A stretch of DNA of 64,000 nt from Chiloscyllium plagiosum (GCF_004010195.1 NC_057719.1:20733753-20797752), one strand, 5' to 3'. Positions 25,336-39,450 are shown, counted from the stretch's first letter. Notes: generated from the letters alone by a model not told the origin. Numbers and translations are program-made.

Positions 25336-27189
25336 TTTTAGCTTATTCTAGCATGAGGTCTGTTTCATTATGACAGCAGTGATACAATCCCACCTGTTTG
25401 TCCCAGTTTTCACTAAGCAACCAATGCACAGGATCAAATATAAACTGCAAAATTTCCACTTAGTCAATTATGTTCTACCCAAAACAGTATTAACTTTATC
25501 CTAAGTAAAACCACAAAACTGTATGTTTGTGTCACATATTTCTGCCACAAAGGAAAACCACATAAACCACAATTTGTAACCTCAGATTTGTATTTGCTAT
25601 TAGCTAAATAAGATGGCAAGTATCCCATATTCTTTGTGTTTAGCTATGTTGGTCTTACAAGTGAACAATCCTGGATTGACTCAAATAACCTTTTCTAGGT
25701 TTTGACATAATGCCAACAACTAGCAATTGTGAACAAGACCCTTCCCTACATTAAATCTTTATGGAATGATTATTTGACAACAAGTGTTCAGTTTTAAGAT
25801 TGTGTGTGTGTGTGAACTAATGTCAGTCAACTCTGAAATTGCAACTGAGGACTACAGATTTAAATCTAAGAGTGCTGTGTACTGTGTAAAAGTTTGGGAT
25901 TGGGGAAAACATTGCTCTGTCTTTTCAAACTTAAACCACTCTATTTACAGACAGAAAGTTGGTGGCATAAAATGATTCAGTTAGAAAGAAACACTCAAAT
26001 TAATTGTTAAATTTCATGACATCACCTGAAGTACTGGAAAATTGCTTCTTGTTGTGAATTATGACTGCTATTTTCTGCAAAATAAAATGTGTTGTTTTTT
26101 TTATTAAAAAGTCAATTTCAATTTTGTATCTTTTTTCAGATTTCCTTAGTGACTTTGCTAACAGACCTTTTATTAAATCTGTTTCTTTTCTTGCAAATGT
26201 GAAGAGATGAAAATTATTTTTTAAATTGTTTGAAATAAAGAGCAACATGAAAGTAAGTGAACATATTGTGCATGGTTGAAATGGAAGAATAGTAGGTGGT
26301 TTGATTGCCTACATCAGTTTGTACTGAGACTCCCATATAATTGCAGTCAGTTTTCATTTCGATGATTCACACTGAACATGGTCTCTTAAGATCAGCATGG
26401 GGCTGCTCAGGTTAAATTCATGCACCTGGCAATGATGTCAAATTCCCATCCTCCTGCACATTTTGAGCATTCTTCTCCCTAAATAGCAGATTTTGGGAAT
26501 TACAGAATGGCTCAGGTTAACACCTCAGGTTAACACTTGGGTCAAGAGAGTGGAAGATGTTTATTTGAACAATCTGCTCCAACTGTAAATTAGCATCAGC
26601 GGCATCAGCACAGCCTCGGCTGTGAATTGACTGACTCAAAACTATTTAATTGCTCCATCTTTACCAAAGAGAGTGCTTGAATTGCATCAGTATTGTTATT
26701 TTTGAATAGGGTTTACTGAAAGGATAATGGAGTGTAATGAATAGGCTCAATGTACGTAATGGAAAGAGCAGCAATCAGGTGCATTTTCTTTCCAATGGAA
26801 ATATTATTCTATCATATGTTCATAATTAAAGCTCAAAGAAGATTGCTGATTGGTGCAAGCTGTCTCTTTTCTATAGCTGTGAATGCAAATTAAAAATAGA
26901 TCATTTTACCAACAACCACTCATGAAACCTCAAGACAGTTTTTCATTTGAGGGTCAATTTTGAATAAATCCATAGTACTGACCCATGATTTGCTGCCTTC
27001 CTTATCTACACATGCATAAATATATTGTTATGTCTTGTGTTGCAATCTTTCCACTTAAAATTGCTCTGTAAAGCCATATTGATATCGTTATACCTTTTGA
27101 GATTGTCATTTGACCTCAAAATGGATGCAAATGTTCCAGGCTTTATGAAGTTATCACATTATGTGCCCAATCCAACTATTGTCTTTGAA

Positions 27190-27594
27190 GAAAAACAAAA
27201 TGATTGTGGATGCTGGAAATCAGAAACAAAAACAAAAATTGCTGAAAAAGCTCAGCAGGTCTGGCAGTATCTGTGGAGAGTTAACATTTCAATCAGAGTT
27301 AACATTTCAGCTCCAGTGACCCTTGCTCAGAACTCAGAACCTGGTTCTGAGGAAGGGTCACTGGACCTGAAATGTTAATTCTGATTGGTCTCCACAGATA
27401 CTATCAGACTGCTGAGCTTTTCCAGCAATTTCTGTTTTTGTTTCTGGTTTCCAGCATCCACAATCATTTTGTTTTTTCTTCTCCGAACTCAGAATCTAGT
27501 TCTGAGGAAGAGTCCCTGGACCCAAAACATTAACTCTGCTTTCTCTCCACAGCCAGACCTGCTGAGCTTTTCCAATAATTTCTGCATTTGTTAA
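27190..27594. mobile_element. Penelope-like family B trimer (one antisense + two sense units), 10-bp TSD
   Basis: TGTCTTTGAA at 27180-27189 and 27595-27604; long inverted arms 27190-27335 vs 27345-27478; third unit from about 27485. Confidence 0.85.
27347..27376 (+). ncRNA. Minimal hammerhead ribozyme core (family B)
   Basis: GUU-CUGAGGA-A-GGGUC-ACUG-GACCU-GAAAU-GUU-AAU. Confidence 0.65.
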
Positions 27595-28435
27595 TGTCTT
27601 TGAAATGTCAGACTAAATTGACGGAAGGGGTATCATGTTTCGATGAATCTCCCGCCTTGAAAACTTTAAGAGGAAGAAGTGGACATTTTCCCCTTGGCTG
27701 TGAATAACTATGACCCACCACTCCCTCACAATTTATGATTCTCAAATAATATCAATTTTCCACAACAATAAATTAGAACAGAAGAGAAAGCCTACAAGGG
27801 TTTTATTGTTGCCTGTTTTAACAGAGGCACTCCTACAGTTTTAATTATGTTGCTTCGTTTGCACAGCATTTTTATATTTGTCAACAGTCAGCATTTCATG
27901 GTAATGGTCATTGTTTTGACGATTAGTCACTGCAACACTATTTACTGGGAACATTCAGTGCTGCTGGGCCTCTTATACTTTGATTTATGAATCATATTAA
28001 GCTCTTGACCGACCAATTTTGTGAGGATATACCTGAAATTTATCATTGGATCCTGAAGCCTGAATCATAAGAAAAAGGGTAGTGAGGTGAAAAGTTTTAT
28101 GTCACTTGCTGACATGCCAGTTCCCCAGAACCATTATATATCCAGAATTTCTTGGAGGCAAGATGGTTTAAGGCATTGGCGATATCAGGCTATCCACCCA
28201 CCAGTTGTATTAGTTAGGCTGATTACACTTAATACTGATAAGACACCACAGACCAGATGCTTTTCATCCAAAGATACTGAGAGGCATAAAAGTAGAAACT
28301 ATGAAGGCACCAGCCATAATTTTCCAATCCTGTTTAGATAAAGGGGTGCTATCAGAGGACTGGAGAATTGAGGACATAAAACCTTCTTCCAAAATGGTGT
28401 CCAGTTACTTTAGATAGACCCACAATGGTGGAGGG

Positions 28436-29715
28436 AGGGAGGTCCAGGATTTTGACAAAGTGACACTAAAGAGACAATGATATATTTTCAGGATAGTGTG
28501 GGACTTGGAGGGGAACTTGCAGGTACTGGTGTTCCCATGCATCTGATGCCCTTCTCCTTCTAGAGTGTAGTGGCTGCAGGTTTGGAAAACATTGTCTAAG
28601 GAAACTTAGGAGAATTTCTGCAGTGCATCTTGTTGAGCGTCACTATTGGAGGAAGTGGATTTTATGGGTGTGTTGCATTTCAAGCAGGATGCTTTGCCCT
28701 GGATGGTGTCAGAGCTTCTTGAGTGTTATTTGAGCTGCATTCATCTGGGCAAATGGGAGTATTCCATAACACTCCTGATTTGATTTGGAGATGTCGGCGT
28801 TAGACTGGGGTGTACAAAGTTAAAAATCACACAACACCAAGTTATAGCGACGCTCCGAAAGCTAGTGTGCTTCCAATTAAACCTGTTGGACTATAAACTG
28901 GTGTTGTGTGATTTTTAACTTTGTACTCCTGATTTGTGCTGTGTATGTCATGGACAGTATTTGGGAAGTCAGAGGGCAACTGTAGGATTCCTAGCCTCTG
29001 GCCTGATATTGTAGCCACATTAGTAATGCAGGTCAGTTTCGAGTCAATAGTAACCCTTGGATGTTGATAGTGGGGGATTCAGTGATTGCAGGTACAATTG
29101 AACGTCAAGAGGAAATGGTTAGGTTCTCTCTTGTTGGAGATAGTCATTTCCTTGCACTTGTGCCACTTATCAGCCCCAGCCTGGATACAGTTCAGGTCTT
29201 TGTTGCATTTGAACATGGACTGCTTCAGTATGTGAGGAGTCACGAATAGTGCTGAACATTGTGCAATTATGAGCAAACACCCCCACTTATGACCTTACAT
29301 TAGAAGGCCATTGATTAAAAAGCTTTGCTGGGTCAACCACACTACCTTAAGAACTCCTGCAGAGGTGTCCTGGAGCTGAGATGACTGACCTTTAAGAACC
29401 ACAGCCACCATCTTATGTGCCAGGTATGCCCCCAACCAGTGGAGACCTTATCCCCTGATTCCCAGTTACTCTAGGTTTGCTAGAGCTCCTTTATGCCAGT
29501 CTGTCAAATGCAGCCTTGACATCAAGGGCAGTCATTCTCACCTCACCTCTGGAATTCAGTCTATTGTCCATGTTTAAACCAAGATTGTAATGAGGTCAGG
29601 AGCTGAGTGTCCCTGGCTGAACCCAAATTGGGCTTCATTGAGCAGGTTATTGCTGAGGAGGTGCTGCTTAATAGTACTGTTAATGACACCTTCCATCGCT
29701 TTACTGAAGACCAAG
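28436..29715 (-). mobile_element. Second LINE family, RT fragment
   Basis: SKAMEGVINSTIKQHLLSNNLLNEAQFGFSQGHSAPDLIT, ALDVKAAFD; antisense to 12705-13340 at its left end. Confidence 0.85.
28787..28924. mobile_element. Penelope LTR-like family C element with inverted arms, 12-bp TSD
   Basis: ACTCCTGATTTG at 28771-28782 and 28925-28936; GTACAAAGTTAAAAATCACACAACACCA inverted; retains GCTCCGAAAGCTAGTG. Confidence 0.85.
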
Positions 29716-29719
29716 AGCA

Positions 29720-30900
29720 AACTGATAGACTGGAGAAATTGGGACTGTTCTTGGAGGATAGAAAGGTGAGAGGAGATTTGATGGAGGTATTCAGAATCAT
29801 GAGGGGCTAGATGGAGTAGCTGGTGAGAAACTGTTGCCATTCATGCAAGAAGTGAGAACAGACGTAAGGTAATTGGCAAAAGGATCAATGATCACCAGAG
29901 GAAATACTTTATCATTCAGGGGAGTGAAATGCACAGGCTGAGAGTGCTGAGTAAGCACTTTCAACCAAGGCACTCAATAGTGAATAGATTCATCAGAAAA
30001 ATACAACAAAAAGCAGTGTTATGAAAAAAAGGTGGGGGCTGAGACTTGGTGACTATTTTTACAAATAACCAATACGGATATATTAGACTGAATGATTTGT
30101 TTTCTTTCTATGTTTACTGAACATGGGATCATGTATGGATGTTATCAATATGAACTAATAAGACAATTTATAAGGTTAGACGCAAGTGATGATTAATAAA
30201 AATAAAAATGCATAAACTTGGAGATAACCTTGTCACATGGTATGTAAATAGTTGGAGTGTAAAAGTTGAAGGATCTGTATTCTGATTGTCAAATTGCGGC
30301 AAGTGGTGTTCCTTGGTTATCTATAATGAGGCCTTTCCACCTCATCAGAAAAGATCTTAATGAAGAAATATTGTATATTCAGTTTTGCAGATGGCATTAA
30401 CTTAGGAGCCATCTTAAATTGCATGGCTGGAAACAAGTCGTTGTAAAGGATAAAGCCAACTAAGTGAGTAGTCAAAACAACTAACAAATTTTGAACCAGA
30501 AAATCAATAGGCCATTGATGTTGCAGAGACAAATTAGCATGTTGTCATGGTAGTGGGATACTAGGACCCATAGAGTTAGAATGGTATGTCAGTGTCCATG
30601 TAAACAAACCATTTAAAGCTAGTGTACAGCTCCTGAAAATGTCCCTGTTTTTGGAATGCAGTCTGACTGCAGCACTGTGCAGCTGTACATTTACACATCT
30701 TAAAGGAACTTTGTCTTGTGAACAGGCAATGCAATACAAATTTTGGACAGCTGAGAGGTCATGCTTGTCACTGGCTTTGAAGAAAGGCATCTAATGATCT
30801 TTGTAGCACAGATCTTCCATTTATCAATGGCATTTTAAAGTTGGCATCAGTCAAAGTTACTCAAGAGGTACTGCAGCAATAGTGCCATAAATAGTTCACA
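29720..30900 (+). mobile_element. Old CR1 fragments (3' end 29720-30110; very decayed RT 30110-30900)
   Basis: RLEKLGLFLEDRKVRGDLMEVFRIMRG; SGVP, FADGINLG (degenerate FADDTKLG). Confidence 0.65.
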
Positions 30901-33900
30901 CAGTTCTCCCAAGTTACATGTCTTAACCAAGGTTATCTCCAATCTCCAATGCCGTTCAGGTTCTAGAAAGATTCTACACTGTATATCAGCATAAAACGGA
31001 TTGGCAATTCAGTAGATTCAGATTCACCCTGGCTTAACCTCAACACTTTCAGGTAGGTAACACTTACAGCATTTGAGAACTGACCGATCATTTTGATATG
31101 TCAAATTGATAAACAATTTCAATGAGGAGGATTCCTGTAATCTGCATATTTGTAACAAAAGGATGAATAGGCTCAGTTTCTTTGTTAAATAAATACTGCT
31201 GTTAGCTACAGTAAATTGATATTTTTTTAAAAATACTCTCTCATGGGCTGTGGATTTTGCTGGCTAGGCCAGCATTTATTGCCAATCCCTAACTGTCCAT
31301 CAGAAGGGTCATTTTAAATTTTCATTTCCGAAGATGATCAGCTCCAGTACAGTTTTGGACTTAGAAGAGCTGAACCCAACTGTAATCGTGTTTTAGAGCT
31401 TTACCTTACAACTTTTGGGACCTAGCCTTGGGTTTCATCAAGTCACAAGGAATGTTTTTTTTTTCTCTTTGGCACATATAATCTTTTTTAAAAATTCATT
31501 TTTGTTCTTACTAGTTGTAAATCCTTGTACAAAATAACCCTGGACAAAGCACTTGATTTTTCACAGCTCGATTCTAGAAGGTCAGTAGTATCGTGTTATA
31601 GAGAAGAGATGGATGAATATTTAAGGTTAAGATTGCACAGCATGTTTAATGAGGTAGCAGCAGAGCACTGTAATGTCAAGGGTATTCTGTTCATTCTTAC
31701 TTTAATTTCCTCTTCCTGTTATTTTCAAATGATTAATTTCATTATTTTTGCATTGGAAAGTCAACAACAAACATCAAACAGATCGAAACGTATAAATGGG
31801 TAGTTTTTAAAGAATTAACAATTTCTTAGTCTTTTCTTATTTTATTTGGTTTAGTCTCATGTTGTTTTCAATGTTGCTTATAACTTAGTTATTATATCAT
31901 CTGACCAATGTAACAAAAACTTGACTTTATACAATTATGCCAACTTATCTCTTGCTACAACTTTAAATCAATTCTAAAATATCAAATTAAATCTATATGA
32001 TTGCTGCATCAGACTTATAAGGGAGAATTTGAACAGCTGAAGGGGTTTATTTCAGATAGGATGTTAAAATATAAAAAGAATCTGATATTAAAGACAATTG
32101 ACCTTGCTTCAACCCATCCATTTCTGATTTAAATGGAGACAAGATTGAAGCATCAACCTACTGTAATGAGGTTGTCTTCTCTGTTCCAGCCTTAAACCAG
32201 GTTGGCCACTTTCTCCAGGCTATGGCAAACCATTTCATTCCCTACCTGTTCTATCTCTGCCTGGAAGCAACTATAAACAAGATGGTCTTGGAAATTATCA
32301 GTGCAAACAATTAATGTCTCTGATTAGTTTTAAGATGAAGAGGTTAGCATTGTTTGTTTTCCCATCACTTTGGATGATTAATTGCATATAAATAAATGTA
32401 GTTTGTTTAGACTTCAATGGTTTGCAACAAAAGTCTGCAGTATAAACAGGGTTTGTGCGTGGGCAGCTGGGTCTAAACTAATTGCTTTATGCTGCATATG
32501 TGTCAGTGTTACAGCACATCTGATTACAATTTTGCTTAAAGGATTAAAGGCATTGTTAATTTAGGTAAGTATATGATAGAAACAACTGCAGAACCTTCTT
32601 GTTTTTATCTTCCATTTACAATATTGTTCCATCATTAGCTTACAATCTGACATAAAAGTGAAAGTCAAATGATTGCTTTGAACTTATCTCCTTCCTAATT
32701 CTGATTGCTGCGCTGAACTGCCTTCTACATTTGTCAGAATTTAAATCAAAGACTGAAGCCCAAAATTATTGAACAACGTGAAGCTTTGTTGTGCACTCTC
32801 CTCTCAAAACAACACTGAAATAATGTAGGCTTTCCTTAGTATTGTAGCTGCACTTCAGAGCTGTAATAGTGATGCCTTCTGTGCTTCCTGAGCAGAAGAG
32901 AGTTAATTAGTATAGTGACACTTCAATTGCTCTATACGACTCATAAATCATTTTGATCTCTCTCATAAGTATGGATGAGACTTCAAAGGGCAAATGTATC
33001 CGTCATCGTACACTTACATTTTTAATAATGCTCCTAAACTTCAAATAATCTAATTTACAATTAGACACAGTTTATAATGTACAGATATCCATGAGTCGAC
33101 TGTTAATTAAATGGGCTGAATTACTGCATTCGGGATGACTTACTTCCCACTTAGGTAATAATTAAGGCATGCCCCAGTTATAATTATCACCATATCGTTT
33201 ATGTTCATGATCCCCCAAACCATGAGATCAATTTGAAAGCTTGTAGAAGATGCTTACCTCAAACACCTAGCCTTCATCTAAGCTGGTGAAGATGTGGGGA
33301 AGAGATATCAACAAACCCAATCTTCTGGAAAGTAAGGATAAGAATCTAATCGTTGCCATAGTGCCTAGATGAATTCAATGTCTTGCTGTAAAGAAATGCA
33401 CAATTAATTTTTTTGCATCATAAAAATGATTAATACTGTAGAATTCAAATCTAGCCTCTCGTGGTTGGTCCACTTGTTTTGCATGCCTTCCTGTGACTGA
33501 TCAGGTCACTGTCCTTCTGACTCTGACTTCTTGAAATATAAGGTAATGCTTCAAATTGCATGATCCAATTGTGTTTCAGTGGCTTATCATTCCCATCATG
33601 GCTCACAAATGATAGTCCTCAAGTACATAATACAAGAAATGTTTCTTTGCCTGCCACACTGTCAAGAAAAAGACATTTTGAGAAAGCAGGAAGAAAGGTT
33701 TGTGCACATTTCCATTGTCTGGGAGGTAGGGATGGAGACAGAAGATCTGCTGGTGTAACTACTGTCTTAATGCTATGCCACTTCCCTTGTCAGATTAAAC
33801 TGTCTTTGGTCAGAATTATTTTCTGTTCATCCCAGTGTTCCTCTTACTCTATCATCTCCAACCCAATGAATGCTGGGCAAAGGATCTATACCATAACATT

Positions 33901-34396
33901 GTTCTACAGTCAGAAATACAAAATATATTAAAAATGCCTCACAAGTTGTTCTTTGCTTCTTTCCATCTTTTACCTTAGCATTTTTGCTGAGAAGACAGTT
34001 TGTAGCAGATGAATTGAAAGATGAGAAATACTTGAGCACTGGTGATCATAAATTTACTTCCAATGAGAACCAGAGTGTAAGTAGGTGTTGGGGACATTCT
34101 CCTAAGAGCAAAGGGGTCAAGGCTGCTTCCTTCTGGCTTCCTCCTCCTTTATTCATTTCTTCTGTTGACGTGGCTTTGGATTCCCTGTTGTGATTGCTAG
34201 CATACCCACAAACCTGGGTATTGGAGTACTTTCCCTGTGCATTCTAGGCAGCAGAACAGTTGTTTCTGGACTTTGATGGCTTGCTCCTTAATGATTCCTG
34301 TGGCTATATTGCTCTTGCTAAATGATATCATGAGTCTAGTGAGTAAAGAGTGTCCCTTGTCACCAAGTAGTCAATGACTGGTTCATTATTCGAGCC

Positions 34397-34492
34397 AAAT
34401 TCCTGAAGAAGGGCTCATGCCCGAAACGTCGATTCTCCTCCTCCTTGGATGCTGCCTGACCTGCTGCGCTTTTCCAGCAACACATTTTCAGC
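34397..34492 (+). mobile_element. Penelope-like family A monomer, 14-bp TSD, inside Harbinger transposase
   Basis: TCATTATTCGAGCC at 34383-34396 and 34493-34506. Confidence 0.9.
34403..34430 (+). ncRNA. Minimal hammerhead ribozyme core (family A)
   Basis: CUGAAGA-A-GGGC-UCAU-GCCC-GAAAC-GUC. Confidence 0.75.
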
Positions 34493-36399
34493 TCATTATT
34501 CGAGCCCAAAGGCAACAGAAATGGCTGACTGTGTCCAGATGAATGTGTTGTTGTTGTTGCTTTCAGGATAGCAGGCACTCAAAAGCACATTGATGAAGTG
34601 GTAGCTCCCACATGTAATGATCCAACGATGAAAAGATTTAAGGACACAATGACCTTGATGGCCATTGGCAGTGCCACCCTCACACTGCTCTGCTTTTGTG
34701 AGTGATATGTAAGAGGTGGCACTGATCATTCATTACCTTCTTTTTGAAACGTAGCCACTTCAGACAATGCACCTTTCTTGTACAGAGAATAGAGAGGTAT
34801 TCCTTAACTATCCTTCCTAAATATGGTAGCTCCCTCTCTCGAAATAGATTTTCTCCTGATTGACCTGTCAACTTCTCTAACCTCCTTGGCTAGATCCACC
34901 GCAGCACCTTGAAAGTCTAAAGGTTTGCAAAGATTTTCAAGTATCAATAAACGCAATATAATTGCAGCACCAGGAGTCAATAGGAAATAGGAGAGTGTAT
35001 TTCATCATCTTCCCATTGACTGGAGAGAAGTAGGAAGACAGAATACATGGCTTTATCAGCTAGCGCAATTCCCATGATGTCATGCACTGCATATACGGCT
35101 GTATTGATCTCACAGAGTAACAGGGAAATGCAGCAGAAGCAAAGATGGACCACTTCATCAATGAGCCACTGGTGTACAACAATAAATCAAACATCCTTTT
35201 GGTGAATTTCTTGTAACTGCACCGATGAAAGAAAGTCAGACACAATTTCTTGAAAGTTGAAGGGTTAACCAGTTTTATAACTAACAGGGGACTCTGTCAG
35301 TTTGTGGGGAATGATTAAGAGAAGGGGTAAGCTGGTATTGCATAGTTGAAGTTGATGGACTGATCACCAGTTATCTGTAAGGGGTGATTGATGCTGTGAT
35401 CTGTACATTCTGAATACTCCTGGTGCTTGCAGGGCACATCCACATTTGCACACTTTGCAGGTCACTTTGCAATGATCCAGGCCAACATTTTTGCAGCTTT
35501 CAGGTCCCACTGTTAATTAGGTCTGGCTATGATCTATGTGCATCACCAGATAGGAAATGATGGAAGGTGCCACGTGGTAAATTCTCTGGTGTTTGAAATC
35601 ATCCAAGTAAGACGAGCTGTCAAGAGGTCTCCAGAATTGTTCTCCACTTAATCTTCATGGGTAAATAATCAATTTGAGTTTACCAGTTCCATTTAAGTGA
35701 TTTTTGTGCTTGTTGTATTATAAGAAAAGGAAGCACAACAGACTTGTGCAGTCCACAGTCAGCTAAGTGTTCTGTTAATTATTTTTTCTCTATTTCTTTT
35801 CAAAGCTGTAGGAGTCAGTGTCCATTGTAGGTGAAGGGGACAGTGGAACAATCAGCCTCAGACTTGGACAAGTGACAGGATAATACAACCAAGTCCATCC
35901 ATATTGGCCCTTGTTATTTTATTAAATCCAGTACAAACTCATTGCTGATGGATTGGTTATTTTGCTTAGCAACTTGTGGATAAAATAAATGTTTTTGAAG
36001 TGTAAAGGGATGAATGCATCAATAGTAATTCCTTAAAAACCCTTTGGGAAATTTGCCTCAATAATAAACTCATGATGTAGCTGCAAACCTCTGACACCAC
36101 ATGCAATGCACAAAATCAGATGTCTAAAGTTTGTGACAAAATAAAGTATGTTACAAGCAGTCAACAATATTAATATTACTTGACATCTGTAACAAATTCA
36201 GTCTTGTTTCATAACTTCTGTTCAGTCATTTGGGACAATGCATCATGTAAGATATCCCAAAGAATAGTTGAGTAGAGAGTGAGGAATAAAGAAGTTGTAT
36301 TTGCAGTCTGGCAGTCTGAGGAGTAAGAAAATTGGAAAGTTCAACCGACTACTCAGTGATTTTGACAGAGTCCAACTCTGTAAGGTCTTATGTTGAGTA

Positions 36400-39030
36400 A
36401 TATTCTGCCTTCAAACTGGACACCTGTACAGAGAAATATAAGTGATGAGCATATTAGCAAATCTTCAAAACTTTTAAAAAATACTAGTGGTCATCCAAGA
36501 CGCATCAATGAAATTCTTATTATCTACCTGGATCAGAAAATCTTGCTGCTGTTGTAACCGACAAATGGATGAAGTCACATTTCTAAAAGACTCAGTGGAT
36601 GCACTGCCAGTGCTTGCCTTGACATAATTCAGCTCAAACATTATGACGCAAAGATATCCTGGTTATAGACTACAGCAGTCTATGTTTATGTAGCACCTTT
36701 ACCACAGCAAAACATCCCAGGACATTTGAGAAGTGCAATATCAATAAACATTTGTGACACTAAATTGCATGAGGAAGCCTCTGGATGGATTACCAAAAAC
36801 TTGCTCAAAGGAGTAAGACGTAAAAGATGAACGAGAAATGGAGAAGTTGAGAAGATGGAACCCTGATAGTAATCTCAGCCAGTGAGGGAGTTGAACCTTT
36901 GCTGTTGGTGTCAATACGTATCATAAAACCAGCCAAACACGCTAAATGAACCCACAATAAAGGTGTACACCATTAATGCTTCACTGGACGAATGATGCAA
37001 GTTTGAAGCAATTGTAGCACAATAGCACCATCTGCAAGTGCTTCACTCTGGAATAGTTCTAGTGGAACATCCAAATTCTTGTGAGGCATGGCATGTCTCA
37101 CTCACCATGATAGTTCATTTTCTGCACAAGGACTTTGGGATAAAATGTGTTGGAATTCCTATTAACTAGAGAAACTGCAAAAATAACGCAATGCTCCACT
37201 GCAGCATATGAAGGAGAGCTAACAGAGAAACATTGCCAAAGAAGCTCCAAAATTTCATCTGTGACTTGCAAGCATGTCAACACATTCCAGAGATATCCTC
37301 AATGTTAGAGTTGGCAGACTCCATTCTGATGGTACACATGATGCACTGCATTGATATTGTCAGATTGGTGAATACTTAACTTCCATCCAAGTGATAAACA
37401 CCAAAAAGCATGGAGAATATGCATTATATATCAAAACTGACAATGTGTCAGTGAAAATACCACCCTTTTATGCATCCGAACAAATATGCTTTCAGGAAAC
37501 TGGCACAGAACAGTGCAGTCTGCACAACACAATTGCTTACAGTGAGTCTGACATGGAATGCATTGTCTTTATTCATCTTAGATATTAATACTGATTCTTC
37601 ATACGGACACCGGAAACCTTTGATTTAATTGAAGTAGACAGATCTTCTCTTATAGGTTTGCCAGTATGCATGGCTTACCATGACCCATGGAGTGAGAAAT
37701 CATCAGTTACAACATCAAAGATTCCAGACTGCAACTTCGAGTCAATCCATCACCTAACTAACCTTTACCGAGACAGGTTAGATGCTATTGTCAATCTTAA
37801 AGGTGATGCAGTGTTACATCTGAAAGATAATGCCTAACCCTACATCAATTCTCCCTGTAACTCCAGAACCGACAATCAAGAAAAGCTCAAAGTGTGATCG
37901 GATTACATGGATCAAAGCAACATCACCTAGAAAGTCAGTGTCTTACTGGTCCACACAATTCCATTACTTTTGTGTTTTGAAGAAATTTGGCACTATCTGT
38001 GTATGGTTTGATCTAAGGAAAATTAATCAATGCATTACACTTTTGTCCATACAAGAGTCCTACCTTGGAAAAACCAAGTTCTCAGACACCAAACAATTTT
38101 CCAAGCTCAATGTTGAGAATGTGTAGTGGTTAAAACATCTTTCCTGCTTGTACAGAAACTAGAAATGAAGACTTTCAGTAGATCCTGTTTCTTCAAGCTA
38201 TCATTCAGATTATTCAAGAGCATGGGCATATTCCAACAACATACATTGTGTCATCAAGAATCTGTCATGTTGTCTGCTTTGCAGAGACATTGAAGTTTTC
38301 AAAAGTATTAAACGTAATAATGACAAATACTCTAACTACTCAGAAAAACAGCAAGAATTTCTGGTCTTCTTTTCAACAGAGAAAAAAAACCTGTCAAATC
38401 AACATGACCCAAATCAATTTCCTTGGTGCAATTTGCTCATTAACAGGTATTGGACCTGATCTGACTGAACTAGAAGAAGTAAAGAAAATGTCTACACTGT
38501 TGACTTACAAAGGTATCGTAGTTTCTTTAACTTTTTATTTGCATATGTTTTGAGCTTTGTGAGCAAAGTATCTCCTCTTTGAGATCTTTCTACATTAATA
38601 CATATGACAAGGAGATTACCAGCATATTTTTCAACACTCAAAAATGTTGTGTAAACCAGTAAGTATGAACTTCAATATTATGATCCCACTGAGCTTACCA
38701 TTGTGGGAGTAGATGCATGTTAGAAAAGTCTCAGACCATATCTGCTACAGGATGGATAGTCTGATGGGCTTGATTCTAAGGTCCTTACAACAACTCAGAT
38801 TAACTCCACCAATAGTGGACTTTTTGGGAAACAGCAGCTTCACATTTATAGTTCGGTGGGCACTTCATTGTTCACGCAGACTAAAAGTGGTCTGTTGAAA
38901 ACATCTCATGAGTGCACCTCCATGACTGCAATCTCAACTTGTGAAGATCTAACAGTGCAATTTAAAAGTACAACATAAATCAGATTCTCAAATTATCATC
39001 TCTGATACAGAAAGCTGATTTCCAAATCCA
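36400..39030 (+). mobile_element. Decayed Ty3/Gypsy gag-pol (protease, RT, RNase H; integrase and LTRs not seen)
   Basis: YALYIKTDN (protease-like), KKFGTICVWFDLRKINQCI, KFSDTKQFSKLNVEN, TCQINMTQINFLG..GIGPD, LQYYDPTELTIVGVDAC..LLQDG, HLMSAPP*LQ..IIISDT. Confidence 0.85.
36680..36850 (-). mobile_element. L2-type 3' tail fragment inserted in the Gypsy remnant
   Basis: TTTATGTAGCACCTTT..AAACATCCCAGG..AAACTTGCTCAAAGGAG resembles 4660-4800. Confidence 0.45.
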
Positions 39031-39034
39031 TGAA

Positions 39035-39450
39035 ACCATAAAACATAGGAGCAGAAGTAGTCCATTCAGCCCAGTGAGTCTGCTCCTTCATTCAATGAGA
39101 ACATGACTGATCTGATTATCCTCAACTATATTTTGCTGCCTTTTCCTCATAAAAGTTGATCCCTCTTCTGCTACAGATCTGTTTATCTCAGCCTGGAATA
39201 CACTTAAGGACCCATACTCAAGAATCTTTTGCGGTAAACATTTCAACTGATTCACTACCCTCTGACAGAAAAAGTATTCCTCCTCATTTTTGTCTTAAGT
39301 AAGTAGCTCCTTATTCTGAGATGATGTCCTCTTGTCCTAGATTCTCTCACATGGGGAAACAACCATTCCGCATTGACCCTGTAATGTTCCCTGAAGAATC
39401 TCGCATGCTTCAATAAGGTTGCCTCTAATTCTTCCAACCTCCAATGAGTG
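39035..39450 (-). mobile_element. CR1 3' end
   Basis: LFPHVRESRTRGHHLRIR..MRRNTFS; tail AACCATAAAACATAGGAGCAGAAGTAG. Confidence 0.88.

Larger units (their letters stand above)
34220..34870 (-). mobile_element. Decayed PIF/Harbinger transposase
   Basis: Minus frames HCLKWLRFKKKVMNDQCHLL, VALPMAIKVIVSLNLFIVGS, LLGDKGHSLLTRLMIS, KEQAIKVQKQLFCCLECTGKVLQYP, in HARBI1 order. Confidence 0.82.

Noticed and set aside
31525..31803. 92-aa ORF after a pyrimidine tract as an exon
   Set aside because: No recognisable domain; YREEMDEYL resembles the CR1 terminal motif and the rest is low-complexity AT-rich
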